Positions 16,023 to 27,400 of a stretch of DNA of 32,000 nt are shown in pieces. Origin of the DNA: an uncultured Lentisphaeria bacterium. GTDB taxonomy: Bacteria > Verrucomicrobiota > Lentisphaeria > JABSQK01 > JAJFLO01. Within the stretch, counting starts at the first letter, position 1. Each line of letters opens with the position of its first letter. The notes under the pieces are model-generated. The model was not told where the DNA came from and searched no databases. It saw only the letters and a list, made by a program, of their open reading frames with translations. The translations under genes and the position numbers were made by a program. The DNA lies in contig OX638337.1 in NCBI GenBank assembly GCA_951812855.1, positions 930,001 to 962,000 of the forward strand, in the 5' to 3' direction.

Positions 16023-19000
16023 CGTATCGAAATTTGCCGGTGATGATGAATTTTTTAATTGTTCCAGTAACTGCTGAGAAATTTCTTCTCCACCATTACG
16101 GTTGGCAATCATCCCGAGCAATTGCATCTGATATGAAATAGTCGATGAAATAGTCTTCGACAATTGATTTGAAAAATCAAGATACTGCTGATGAGCGTTT
16201 ATTTTCTCTTCTTCCGAGCTGATCATATGCTGAATTACGGGATCAGAAATATCAGAGGAATTTTGCCTATATTCTAAAGGTTCACTCGGTACTGGAACTT
16301 TCTCTTTTAAAATAGGTGCAGATACAGTCATTTCCGGAAAATCCGGAATTTTAAATTCACCGGTATCAGTTGATACTGTAATATATTCAGCCGGATTTAA
16401 TTCTGATACATCCTGATGTTCTAAAACATTTGTATCGTGTCCATATAAATTTGATAAATCAACAGGAGAACGTTCCGCAATAAGATTTGCTAATAGACGC
16501 AAAATTGCGACGATACTGTCCTGTCCATGATAACAGACTGATCTGACCATATGTGGCCGATCCTTTAAAATGCTGGAAATCATTCGAGTACATGAGACTC
16601 CCGGGCCTATTTCGATGAACAACCGCACCCCATCTTTGTATGAGTTTTCAATTAAACCCGGAAAATTCACTTTTGTCAATGCCTGTGCCTGAATAGAATC
16701 TGAAACTCTGGCACTGCTGATTGGATAACTCTTTTCCCAGGCCATACTGTAAAATCGGATATGCTCAGGTTTGCCCGTTTTCAATGTATGAAATTCCCGA
16801 TATTCATTTTCAATGGCTTTTGCAACCTCACAATGAACGGTTGGTGCCCCATAGATAGGCAGAAATCGACATCCCAGGGATTTCACAACATCTTCTACCT
16901 GATCATTATCTCCGCCGATGACACACTCATCCGGAGTATTTACGATCAATAAATACACTCTGTCTTTTTTGCTAATCACTTTCTCCACTTGCTGAGGTGA
17001 ACAGTCAATCATACCAATTGTCCACGAAACGTCTTCTTCATTCGGAACATTCCATGATTTTCGAACAGTACGACATTCTCCGACTAATTCATTTGAGAAT
17101 ATTGGTGATGCGTTCATTCGTCGAATCATTTCGTCACGATCATTCCAGGCACCCAGAGCAACGAGCCCTGATGATTCTCCCAGGCTATAACCAATCATAG
17201 CATCCGGCTTAACACCAAAATATCGAACAATATCACTGATCGCTGTGCCAATAAACACTTGTCCGGTTATCATGGCTTTGTGATTCTTAAAGGCATCACA
17301 ACCCGTTTTGTCATACCAGAAATAATCGGGTAATAATTGATCATGCAAAAATTCATTTTCGGTATCCTGTTTATGGAATATTTCCGGCCAGGCCGCTGAT
17401 AAATCTCGTCCCATTCCCCGAAAATGATTCCCAAAGCCGGGAAAAACAAATGCAAGCCGGCCCGATTTTCCAAGCGGTTTCGGATTAAAGAAAATTTGTT
17501 CAATCTCATCAGGTCTCCAGGAATCATCATCTATATTTTCCAATGCCTTATTTATCAGCGTAAACAGCTCTGATTGATTCTTTGCCAGAATTGTTAATCC
17601 CAGTTTCTCTTTTATTTGTGTTCTATATTTTGCCCACCATTTCCTTGCCCAGTATTCGATGCTATATGAATTATCGTTACTCGTTATGAATTCTCTCAGT
17701 TCAATTAATCGATTACTTAAATCAAGATTAGTATTTCCTTCAATCGCAAATATTGCTGCTGACCTGGCACCCAGAGGCTGATAACGATCTCCATTAACAA
17801 GAGACGGATTTAACTTTTCATATCCTTCAAGTATGACATGAGTACAATTTCCATCCATACTGAAACAGCTGACTCCTGATCGCCGCGGTCCGTTTACTCT
17901 GTTACGTAACCAAAATTGTGAGGCTTTTGGAAACACAAATCCTCTTTTTTCAAGATCTGTATTGCTTGAATCAACATTTCTTAATGGTGGCAGCATTTCC
18001 TGATAAAGACACAAACACACTTTGACTATCGACGCCAATCCCGCTGCAGCGCCAGTATGTCCAATATCTGATTTTACACTATTAAGAAAACAGGAAAAAT
18101 CACTGTTCTTCCCGCTAAAAAGATCCAGTAAAGCGGAACATTCCATGTCATCTTCGGGGGGATATCCACTCCCGTGTGCTTCAAGTAATTGAAGGGAATC
18201 AGGATCGATTCCAGATTCTGTATATGCTCTGCTAAACGCAGTTTTATACGCGTTAGAAGATGGAACAAGGGTATTAAAATCAGGACCGGCTGCAGTACCA
18301 ATTCCTCTAATTACTGAATAGATTCTATTTCCATCTCTTTCAGCATCGTCAAGTCGTTTTAATATTAAAGCAGCAGCACCTTCTCCGACAACAGTACCGT
18401 CTGCGTTGGCATCAAATGGTTTTAATAATGATTGATTTGAAAATGAGCGGTCCGCGTGTGTATTAATTAAAGATCGGATATCCCCGGCAAGATCTACAGC
18501 ACCGACAAGTGCCTGATTTATCTCTCCATTTTGTAATGCATGACACGCAACGTCCAATGCATGTATTCCCGAACTCTCTTCACTTGAAATTGTGTGGCTT
18601 GGACCACCCACACGAAACTCTCTGGCGATTCGACTGGCAACAATACCGCCTAAAGCTCCCATCGTCCGGTCTGCATTCAACGGGGGACCTGCAGCATTCC
18701 TCATTTTATCGAGCAATTCATTAAATTCACTTTCAGAGAGTTCTGAACCATTACGTTTACAGTAATCATTGAGTTGATTATATAAGGCCCACCTGAAATG
18801 AAAATTAGTGGTACACAAATCCAAACCCAACCCTATAAATACTCCTGTATCCAGCCCATCCTTATCATCATAATCTGCATCCTGAAATGCCTCATCAGCA
18901 GCAAGCAGCATTACCAGTTGTTGTGGTAACATTTCCTTGAGTTCGTTTGGTGGAATGCGATATTTCCCAATCTGGATATTTAACTGATCGATAAAATAAC

Positions 19001-20579
19001 CTTGAAATGACGACTGATCATATCCTGCCGTCTTAAACCACCTGCTCTCCAAAGCCCCCCACCATTGACGATTGAAATCTGAAGTCTTTGTATTATCCCC
19101 GCCTAATACTCTTTCCTGAAACTCTCTCAGGTTTTTCCAAGGTCCGAAATAAGTGCCAAGGCCAACAATAGCAATTGGTACCTGAGCATTATCTTTTTGT
19201 TTTGATTTTCTCGATTTTTTATGCCTCTTTACCGAAGGGAACCATTCTTCAACAATAACATGGGCATTGATACCCCCAAAACCAAAGGCATTAACAGCTG
19301 CCCTTCTTGGAGAATCCCCATCTTTACGCAACCATTTTTCACTCTTTTTGAGGACCTGAAATTGTGAATCATCGATATCAAAATCCGGATTCGGTGTTTG
19401 AAAATTTGCGGTTGGCGGTAACGTTTCATTTTTTATCGATAGCAATACTTTAATCAAACCTGCAGCACCGGCACCCGTTAGTAAATGACCTACATTTGAT
19501 TTAACTGAACCGATAACACAGGGATTCTCTCTTTTGGGAGCTCTGTCCCATAAACGGCATAAGCTGTCAAATTCTACACGATCCCCCAGTGGCGTGCCGG
19601 TTGCATGGCATTCAATCAGATCGATGTCCCATGGATTCAGTTTGGCCTGTTCATATGCAGGCTTCATTGACCGTAATTGACCTTCAGAATCAGGAGCTAA
19701 GAGATTGCCTTCAATATCATTTGATAGACCAATACCTTTTATTACTCCATAAATTGTATCCTCCGCCTGTATTGCATCATCTAATCGTTTTAGGACAACT
19801 ATCCCGGCACCTTCACCAACAATTAACCCGTCACCCCGTGCATCAAACGGTGTACATTGTCCTTTTACTGACAATGCATGAAGCTGCGAAAATCCCATTT
19901 GGGTATATAACGAATCTGCACGTGATACACCTCCAGTCAACATTGCATCCGCCCGCCCCGCCTGCAGTTCATCAACTGCGAGTTTCAATGCGTATAAAGA
20001 CGATGCACATGCTGCGTCCAGCGTATAGGTCCCCCCCCCTAATCCTAAAGATTTTGCAAGTATGCCTGCAGGTAATCCGGTTACATATCGATTAATCGAA
20101 TTGTTTGGACATCCACAATTATTAACGTTTAACTGAGGAATTTTCTCAAAAAATGTTTTACCCAAAATTTCCAGTGCTTGTGCAGATGATTTCTCTGTAG
20201 GCAATGCGATGTTGCCGATTACAATGCCTGCTCTCCTAAGATCTAATGAATCGGTTTTGCAATCTTTAAATGCATTTCTGCCAGCGTGCAGAACATAGTG
20301 ATTGAGTAAATCAAGTGATGATAAAAAGGCAGGATTGATATCCAGACCGGCAATATCCAATGAAAAGTTTTCTATAAAACAACTTCGAGTTGAATATACT
20401 TTGTCTGGTTTTACTCCGGATTTATCATATAAAACATCGGAATCAAGTATCCACCGCCCTTTTGGAACGTCCTTATTGGCATCGTAACCGTTAAGAATGT
20501 TATTCCAAAATTTCTCAAGAATGAGGGCTTCGGGGAAAATGCCACCAATTCCAACAATTGCTATTGGTATATCATTCAT
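13611..20579 (-). CDS. pfaC: PfaC-like PUFA/secondary-lipid synthase subunit: KS-CLF-AT-(pseudoDH+FabA-type DH)x2
   Basis: 2322-aa ORF; its domains are listed separately. The start lies 2 nt after the pfaA-like stop. Confidence 0.9.
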   Translation of the reverse strand: MNDIPIAIVGIGGIFPEALILEKFWNNILNGYDANKDVPKGRWILDSDVLYDKSGVKPDKVYSTRSCFIENFSLDIAGLDINPAFLSSLDLLNHYVLHAGRNAFKDCKTDSLDLRRAGIVIGNIALPTEKSSAQALEILGKTFFEKIPQLNVNNCGCPNNSINRYVTGLPAGILAKSLGLGGGTYTLDAACASSLYALKLAVDELQAGRADAMLTGGVSRADSLYTQMGFSQLHALSVKGQCTPFDARGDGLIVGEGAGIVVLKRLDDAIQAEDTIYGVIKGIGLSNDIEGNLLAPDSEGQLRSMKPAYEQAKLNPWDIDLIECHATGTPLGDRVEFDSLCRLWDRAPKRENPCVIGSVKSNVGHLLTGAGAAGLIKVLLSIKNETLPPTANFQTPNPDFDIDDSQFQVLKKSEKWLRKDGDSPRRAAVNAFGFGGINAHVIVEEWFPSVKRHKKSRKSKQKDNAQVPIAIVGLGTYFGPWKNLREFQERVLGGDNTKTSDFNRQWWGALESRWFKTAGYDQSSFQGYFIDQLNIQIGKYRIPPNELKEMLPQQLVMLLAADEAFQDADYDDKDGLDTGVFIGLGLDLCTTNFHFRWALYNQLNDYCKRNGSELSESEFNELLDKMRNAAGPPLNADRTMGALGGIVASRIAREFRVGGPSHTISSEESSGIHALDVACHALQNGEINQALVGAVDLAGDIRSLINTHADRSFSNQSLLKPFDANADGTVVGEGAAALILKRLDDAERDGNRIYSVIRGIGTAAGPDFNTLVPSSNAYKTAFSRAYTESGIDPDSLQLLEAHGSGYPPEDDMECSALLDLFSGKNSDFSCFLNSVKSDIGHTGAAAGLASIVKVCLCLYQEMLPPLRNVDSSNTDLEKRGFVFPKASQFWLRNRVNGPRRSGVSCFSMDGNCTHVILEGYEKLNPSLVNGDRYQPLGARSAAIFAIEGNTNLDLSNRLIELREFITSNDNSYSIEYWARKWWAKYRTQIKEKLGLTILAKNQSELFTLINKALENIDDDSWRPDEIEQIFFNPKPLGKSGRLAFVFPGFGNHFRGMGRDLSAAWPEIFHKQDTENEFLHDQLLPDYFWYDKTGCDAFKNHKAMITGQVFIGTAISDIVRYFGVKPDAMIGYSLGESSGLVALGAWNDRDEMIRRMNASPIFSNELVGECRTVRKSWNVPNEEDVSWTIGMIDCSPQQVEKVISKKDRVYLLIVNTPDECVIGGDNDQVEDVVKSLGCRFLPIYGAPTVHCEVAKAIENEYREFHTLKTGKPEHIRFYSMAWEKSYPISSARVSDSIQAQALTKVNFPGLIENSYKDGVRLFIEIGPGVSCTRMISSILKDRPHMVRSVCYHGQDSIVAILRLLANLIAERSPVDLSNLYGHDTNVLEHQDVSELNPAEYITVSTDTGEFKIPDFPEMTVSAPILKEKVPVPSEPLEYRQNSSDISDPVIQHMISSEEEKINAHQQYLDFSNQLSKTISSTISYQMQLLGMIANRNGGEEISQQLLEQLKNSSSPANFDTTPDLSEQMSNNVADESNNSSFSDQREEIVPVLDREMCMEFAIGSIGKVLGPEFNDVDSYPTRVRLPDEPLMLVDRIMEINGEVRSMTSGRVVTEHDIHPNSWYLDNGRIPTCIAVEAGQADLFLSGYLGIDFESKGFAVYRLLDAEVTFHSSLPGPGRVIHYDIKIDHFFKQGNTYLFRFNFEGTVDGKPLLTMENGCAGFFTQKELDAGKGIIKTEFQKKKVKGIVPDDWTEFVPMVVESYSDDQIAALRNGNFEGCFGHLFSGISLNDPLTLPAGKMKLVDRILELNPKGGRFGLGLIKGEADIHPDDWFLTCHFVDDKVMPGTLMYECCLHTLRVYLMRIGWIGEKSDAVCEPVTGIKGRLKCRGQVLQSTEKVIYEISVKELGYRPEPYTIVDALMFADGKPIVEITDMSVRLTGLTREKLETLWNSQTINDKPEQIQQSNAPIFDRDRILAFAIGKPSEAFGEQYKIFDNDRKIARLPGPPYQFLDRIVAIDAEQWKMVGGGEITGEYDVPPGEWYFKSNVSGMPFSVLLEIALQPCGWLAAYIGSALTSDVDLKFRNLGGSAVQYLPVEETAGIVSVNIKITSVSTSGGMVIQHFDFHVKNQGQSIYRGKTYFGFFTKAALADQVGIIGAKPYVPDEQEIARGSSFPFPESKPFPDEMLRMIDHVSLFVKDGGPAGKGFIRGIKNVNPDEWFFKAHFYEDPVCPGSLGLESFIQLLQVFAVEHWGEKPTLTFENIALNKEHSWVYRGQIIPTDEQVTVEACIMEIDEKNHIIYADGFLSVDGRIIYEMKQFTLKYSG
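16530..17492 (-). other. PfaC-like domain: PfaB-type acyltransferase
   Basis: LAFVFPGFGNHFRGMGRDL; IGYSLGESSG (Ser codon 17184-17186, aa 1132). It has GYSxGE rather than the GHSxG/AFHS of malonyl transferases. Confidence 0.75.
17865..19190 (-). other. PfaC-like domain: chain-length-factor (KS-like, no active-site Cys)
   Basis: IAIVGLGTYFG. The KS-equivalent motif reads TISSEESSG; the position aligned to Cys is the Glu codon at 18576-18578. EAHGSGYPPED and NSVKSDIGH are retained. Confidence 0.75.
19245..20573 (-). other. PfaC-like domain: ketosynthase (KS)
   Basis: IAIVGIGGIFP; TLDAACASS (Cys codon 20007-20009, aa 191); ECHATGTPLGD; GSVKSNVGH. Confidence 0.85.
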
Positions 20580-20581
20580 TC

Positions 20582-21478
20582 CTAAGAAACAGTATGCAAG
20601 ACAGGTTCTAATTTATTTTTATTAAAGGCTTTATATAAAGATTTATCCTGAATACAACAATAATCTTCGATCTTCGCAATAATTAAGCCTCTGCTATCCT
20701 GAAACTCAATATCCGCATGGATTGAAGATGCGACTTTATCCGTAATTTGAATTACGATTCGCATTCCGTCCCCTGGAAAATCACTTTGGAACTGCTTGTA
20801 ACTTCCAATAGACACAGGTAATGAGGGAGTATCATCTTCTTCAATACTCCACAAAATCATTAATTGGAAACTGACATCTAATACAAGTGGGTCAGATAAC
20901 CACTTTTGCCTTAACGGTTTGTTAATCCAATCTTTAGGTAATGAGGCTGATTGACTCCATCCAATCATTCCCTTTGTTGAAATTCCATCTATTCGGTCAA
21001 TTCCCTGGAAAAGTTTTCCATGGAAGAGTTTATTATCACTGTAAAAATCATTATCATGTGGATAATCTTCCAGCTTTGTTTCCTTTATCTGCGAGGCAAC
21101 CTGCTGATATTTCACGCATAGCAAGACATCAGCTTCAGCATGGACAACTTCATTTTCATCTGCAACCCGACATAATTGGATTGGAACAATAAACTGATCA
21201 TTATCCTTCTGAATTTTTGCAGATTTCAGACGAATCGTGACTTCCTCTCCATTAGAAATATCGACCCGTGAGTAAATTTTAAACTGGTCGAGTCCTTTAA
21301 ATCGTAAACCGGGATTTCCATGGATAGCACTGTGTCCCATCCACTCAATCATCATCGACATTGGCAGAACACCTTTTCCATTAAATGTATGAGATTCTAA
21401 AAATGGATAATCATCAATTGTCAATTTTCGGTCCAGCACGGTTGAATACGTATGAGCCTGTGATGATTGTTTTCGTTG
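20582..21478 (-). other. PfaA-like domain: PKS-type dehydratase
   Basis: HxxxGxxxxP motif in LESHTFNGKGVLPMSMMIEW (His codon 21389-21391, aa 2069). Confidence 0.75.
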
Positions 21479-24400
21479 TTTTACCTGTGTGGTTATCTTC
21501 GTATTCGGGCCGAAAACAACGATTTCCGCCGGATGACGACCGCCATTTAAGCTGATTTCCTTTACAAGTAAATCGCCGCCAGCCTTTAACGGTATGAGAC
21601 CAATATTCTCCTGTTCGAATATTGTTTTCAATTCAGGCGTTACCATTCCTCCATTCCAGGGTCCCCAATTTACAGAAACCACTCTGCAATTTCTGCGCTC
21701 TAACGATTGCTGTTGAGCTATTTTATTCAGAACTTCATTTGCGACAGCATAATCTATTTGTCCTTTCCTCCCGTATCGTCCGGTCGATGAAGAAAACATT
21801 GCAATAAATTTGAGATCTTCATTTTTCAGTGCTGCGAGTAATGCTAACTGACCAGCCACCTTTGTCGAATAAACTAAATCAAATTGCTCCTCTGTTTTAT
21901 CTTCTATAAGCCGATCTGCAAGGACTCCTGCACCATGAATTAAACCGCGAACAGGTCCAAAATCTTTCTTAATTTCTTTGACCACATTCGATACTTCTTG
22001 TTTATTCCGGATATCAACAGATCGGTAAATAACAGTGGATCCTTCTGCCCTAAAACGCTCAAGATTATTTAAAACCTCCCTATTGTTTATAATTGATTGA
22101 TATTCCGCCTGAACCTCTTTCGGCAACATTTTCTTTTGGGAATGACCGATTATTCCACGTTTAATTGCACCCTCATCTGCCAATGATTTCAACCATTCCG
22201 GTTCAACAGCCGGCTCAGGACTCCGACCTAATATCGCCAGGGCAGGCTGCCATTTTTTTACTAATGCCATAGTGCTTTCCGCTGTAACTCCCCGGGCACC
22301 TCCGGTAATAATCACCACATCGTCTTTACTCAACGACAGTGTCGATACTTTTTTGTCTGAATTTGCTGATAACAACTCTAATCCGATACTGCCATTTTGA
22401 GAAACACCGACTTCGACAGGCCCTTCGCAGAATAATTCATCGGCAATTCGTTGACTAATAGTTGCAGCACTTTTAGTACTTACATCATAATCAATGGCTT
22501 TACATTTAACTTCAGACCATTCATGATGTGCAGTTTTTGACAATCCCGCCAATCCTCCTGACATTGGATCACTTTTACCATTCAAGCCATCGATACCGAA
22601 CTTACCGTCCAACCGTGATACGGTAACAAATAGGGATTCATCGTTACGCCCCGCTTCTCGTAAGGCTTTAGAACAATTTTTTAACAACGTAAATGCATTT
22701 CTCAGGATTCGGTCTTCTGTGCCTGATCGAGGTGATATAATGATCAATCCATTCAGTTTCGATGGATATTCCAAATTGTCAATTGAGCTTAGATCAACTA
22801 ATTTCGTTTGAAACCCTCGTTTTATCAGCTCTTTGCTCAGCCGATTAGAAATCCCATTTTTCCCATCATTCGTGATCCAGAACACGGAACCTCTTGTAAA
22901 GTTAATCTTCCGTCTTTCTGAAGCCGGATCTAAATTTACCAGTTGAAGTTCAAAACGTTCAACAAACTCATCATTCTCGTTTTCGCTGGATTGATCCTGA
23001 TTTGAAACACTGTCAGAATGTACAGGCACAGAATCAACAACTCTCTGAGTATCATTATTTTCTCCAAGAAACTCGACAATCTGGTTTAATGTTCGTAATA
23101 CCCCGAGCTGCTCCGGTCCCACGCCAGGTGAATCTGGAAGTTTTTCCTGGATGGCCGATAAAATTTCTACGCGTTTGATAGAATCAATTCCCAAGTCTGA
23201 ATCCAACCCCATATCCAATGCAAGCATATCAACCGGATATCCTGTTTTATCAGCGACAACGTCCAGCAGCACAGACGCAATATGTTCGTTGTCCGCAGAA
23301 CACGTGGATTTTGTCACAGTGGGTGATTGTACAGTTGATTCTCCCTCTGGTTCATTTTGTGTTAAATAATCAACGATTTCGCCCAATGTCCTGAGAACAC
23401 CAAGATGCTCCTGCCCAACCTGAGGAGAATCAGGCAATTTCTCGTGTAAATCAGACAATATTTCAACACGTTTAATGGAGTCAATACCCAAATCCGAATC
23501 CAGCCCCATTTCCATTGATAACATGTCTTTCGGGTAACCGGTTTTTTCTGAAACTATGTTTAACAAAACAGACTCTGCCATACTGCGACTTGTGTTTATT
23601 TGCGATGATTCGTTTGAATCAGTTGTAACAACAGTTTCACTCACTTCAGTGGTTGAATTGACCGCTAAAAATCCAACAATTTCATCTAATGTTCGCAACG
23701 TACCCAATTGTTCAGGACCAATTTTTGGTGCTTCGGGAATCTTATCCTGAAGATCTGATAAAATTTCGACACGTTTAATTGAATCAACTCCTAAATCTGA
23801 ATCCAGTCCCATATCCATGGTTAACATGTCTTCTGGATAACCTGTTTTTTCTGAAACAATTGAAATAAGAACAGAAGCAATGTCTACCTTATTACTATTG
23901 TTGGTTCCAGACTTGGATTGAACAGAAACGTCTGTAACAATTACAGAATTTTCTTCACTTTTCCTGGAATTTGCACCTAAAAATTCTACAATTTCCTCTA
24001 ATGTTCGGAGTGTTCCAAGATGTTCCGGGCCTGCAGCTGGAGAATCAGGCAGAGCCTCCTGCAACGATGACAATATCTCAACACGCTTTATTGAATCGAT
24101 TCCTAAATCTGAATCCAACCCCATATCAAGAGTCAACATTTCAACCGGATATCCAGTCTTCTCAGATACAACACTTAACAATACTTGTTTAATGCGGTTA
24201 TTGTTTGTAGACGTTTGCGATGGTGTGGAAGAATCAGGTTTTACTACAGGTTCAGGATCAGGTGTATTTACTGTAACAGGTTTACCTTGATTTACAGCAG
24301 AACCGGCACTTGCTGTCGGTGGGGATTCGACACTCTTTGAACTGCCGGTTGACATCGTCGAACCGACTACCCCGGGGGGGTGCTTATTGAGCGTATGCTG

Positions 24401-27400
24401 TTGTTGAGAAATTAAAGCATTCAATGTTTGCTGAGCCTCTTGCTGGCCTTGTAAAAACTGACTATGCAATTTTGATGTATTCGTTTGAAGTTGTTGCAAT
24501 GCCACCATATTTTGCTGGGTTAACTTTAATGTCTCTATTAGTGCTTTATTGTCCATTGGGTTATCTAAATGAGTATTCCCGACAGAGATTGATTTATTCA
24601 TTGTATTCATAGTTTTAACATCGTTTAATTGTCCTGTATCTGAGGCATGAATATTTGGCCGGGAACCTCTTTCAAATGTGTCAGTACTCGATATGGGCAG
24701 GTTGGCTGTTTGTTTGGGTTTAGGTGGCTTCACCGATTTTGGTTCAAAACTATTTGCACCGCAAAGTGCCACAACGAAACCGGATTTCTCTTCGGGTTCC
24801 AGGTTCACTCCTTCATCCCATTGATCAAGGTGAACGGCATACCCCATTGATGCTAACTGGGCTAATACCATAGCTAAACTAAGAACACCTGAACGTCTTC
24901 CCCTCGATGAATCCAGAGCTAAAGAAGTACATTCCCTGTTTTTCAATATAGAATTTATTAATCCACTTAACTGATTGCCGGGACCAACTTCTAAAAATGT
25001 TCGTACCCCAGACGTATACATATTTTCAATCTGCTGAATAAATTCAACCGGCTTCGAGATTTGCTCTGCAAGAATTTGACGGGCCTTGTCAACAGCCTTG
25101 GGATAGGGCTTAGCCGTCGTATTTGCATATACCGGAATTTTGCCTGTGTTAAAAGAAATTTTCTCAAGTACTTCCCTAAACGGTTTACTCGCATGAGAAA
25201 CCCATTCGCTATGGAATGCAGCTGATACGTTTAATTTCTTATTTGTAATATTTTTTTGTGTAAAAATCTTTGCTGCTTTTTCAATTTCGTTTAATGCTCC
25301 GGATAAAACAGTTTGTTCGGGTGCATTTTTATTTGCTATAACAAGGTTTAAGCCTTCTTTTTTAATCAGATCCAAGGCTTGTTTTACCGAACTTCGGACA
25401 GCCAACATTGCACTTTTAATTTCTTCAGTTTCAGCCATTAGCTGACCTCGAACATTTGAGAGCTTATGCAAGGCTTTTTCGCGAATTTTCCCGGCAACAC
25501 ACAGTGCCGTCAATTCTCCATAACTGTGTCCTGCAACTGCATCGGGACTAATAGAAAAATGCTTAAAAATATTTGCCACACCTAAACTAACCGCACCAAT
25601 TGCAGGTTGGACATTTTTAGTGTCTCTGAGTGCTGATTCGTGCTTTAACTGAGCTTCTTCTGTGAATTCTGACTGAGGATAAATCAAATCACTCAGCTTA
25701 ATATTTGACAATGAATCCTTAAATTCAGAAAAGACATTATTTGCATCTGAAAGGGCTTTCTGAAACTGCGGAAATTTACATGCCAAATCCCTTAACATAC
25801 CAAGATATTGTGCACCCTGGCCCGGAAAAATAAATCCAAGCTTCCCTATCTCTTTTTCGCTGAAAAAATAAATTCCATCGGGTGTATTCCAATTGTCTCC
25901 ACTATCATTTTTCTGTAATTTGGAAATAATAGATGTGAAAGATTTACTAATATCTGTGCGTTGTTTCTCAATAACCATCATTAACCGGACTTTAGCATCT
26001 GTCTTAAATTCTTTTCTTGACAGAGCAGATTTTCTTCTCAATTGCTTCCAATTAAGATCACGTGGCCACGCCTTAATTTTGTCGATTAGTTTTTCTTTAT
26101 TTTCTGCTGAAAAACCAAGAATCTGTACATCACCGTCCCAGGTAATTTCCTGTTTTTCAGATTTGGCCTCTTCCATAACACAGTGAAAATTACTGCCGCC
26201 AAATCCAAATGCACTTACAGCAGCTCTCCTGGGATGATTCGGGTTGGGCAACCACGGTTGCTGTTCGCAGTTAATATAGAATGGGGTTTCACCTGATTCG
26301 ATAAGTTCTAATGGTTTGTCAACCTTTATTGTTGGGGGAATTACTTTATGATATAGAGCCAAAGCTGCTTTAATAACACCGGCCACTCCGGCCGCGGCTT
26401 TAGTATGGCCAATTTGAGATTTCACCGAACCAAGAGCACACCAGGTTCCCTGGGATTTATATGAACGATAAATGTCTGAAAGTGCTTTTACTTCTACAGC
26501 ATCACCAACTTTTGTTCCCGTTCCATGGGCTTCTACTAATTCGATAGTATCCGGGTTAATATCCGCCAATTCATAAGCTTCCCGTAAACAGCGGCTCTGG
26601 CCTTCACTGCTTGGGGCATAGACCGCATTGCCTTTACCATCACTTGATGAACCAATACCTTTTATGACCGCATAGATTTTATCGTTATCCCGTTCTGCAT
26701 CATCCAGGCGTTTCAGGATTACTGCACCTAAACCCTCTCCCAGAATCGTGCCATCTGCATTTGCAGCAAATGGTTTGGAATTACCTGTCGGTGATAACGC
26801 GGGAGTTTTACTAAAACACATATACATGAAAATATCGTTAAAGGTATCCATTCCCCCGGTAACGACCATATCAGCACGTCCTGCAGCCAACTCTAAACTC
26901 GCCAGGTGAAATGCGGTGAGCGAACTTGCACACGCAGCGTCAACAACACAATTTGTACCCCCCAGATCAAACCGATTTGCAATTCGGCCGGCTGCGACAT
27001 TACCCAACAACCCGGGAAATGAGTTTTCCTGCCAATCAACATAGGAATCGGAAATCCGGTCCATAACATCATTTTTTGTATGATCATCAACACCAGCAGC
27101 CTCAAGTGCATTTCGCCAAACTGGAAATCCTAATCGAGTCCCTAACGTCACCACAAGTTCAAGAGCACCCGTAATGCCTAATATCACACTGGTATTTTTA
27201 CGATTGAAGTCGCTCTTATCCCCATATCCCGCATCATCAAGTGCCTGTTTAGCCACGACCATACCTAATAATTGTGTCGTATCAATTGAATCAATATCAC
27301 GGGGAGAGATACCATATTCCATTGGATTAAAATCGACCCTGGATATGAATCCGCCTCGACGGGCATACGTGTGATCTCGTTTTTGCGGATCTTTATTGTA

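Noticed and set aside
23066-24208. Regularly spaced repeats of about 300 nt that could be mistaken for a CRISPR array or a non-coding tandem repeat
   Set aside because: They lie inside one continuous 2337-aa reading frame and encode four ACP domains. The period is far too long for CRISPR, and the sequences between the conserved cores are in-frame linkers.
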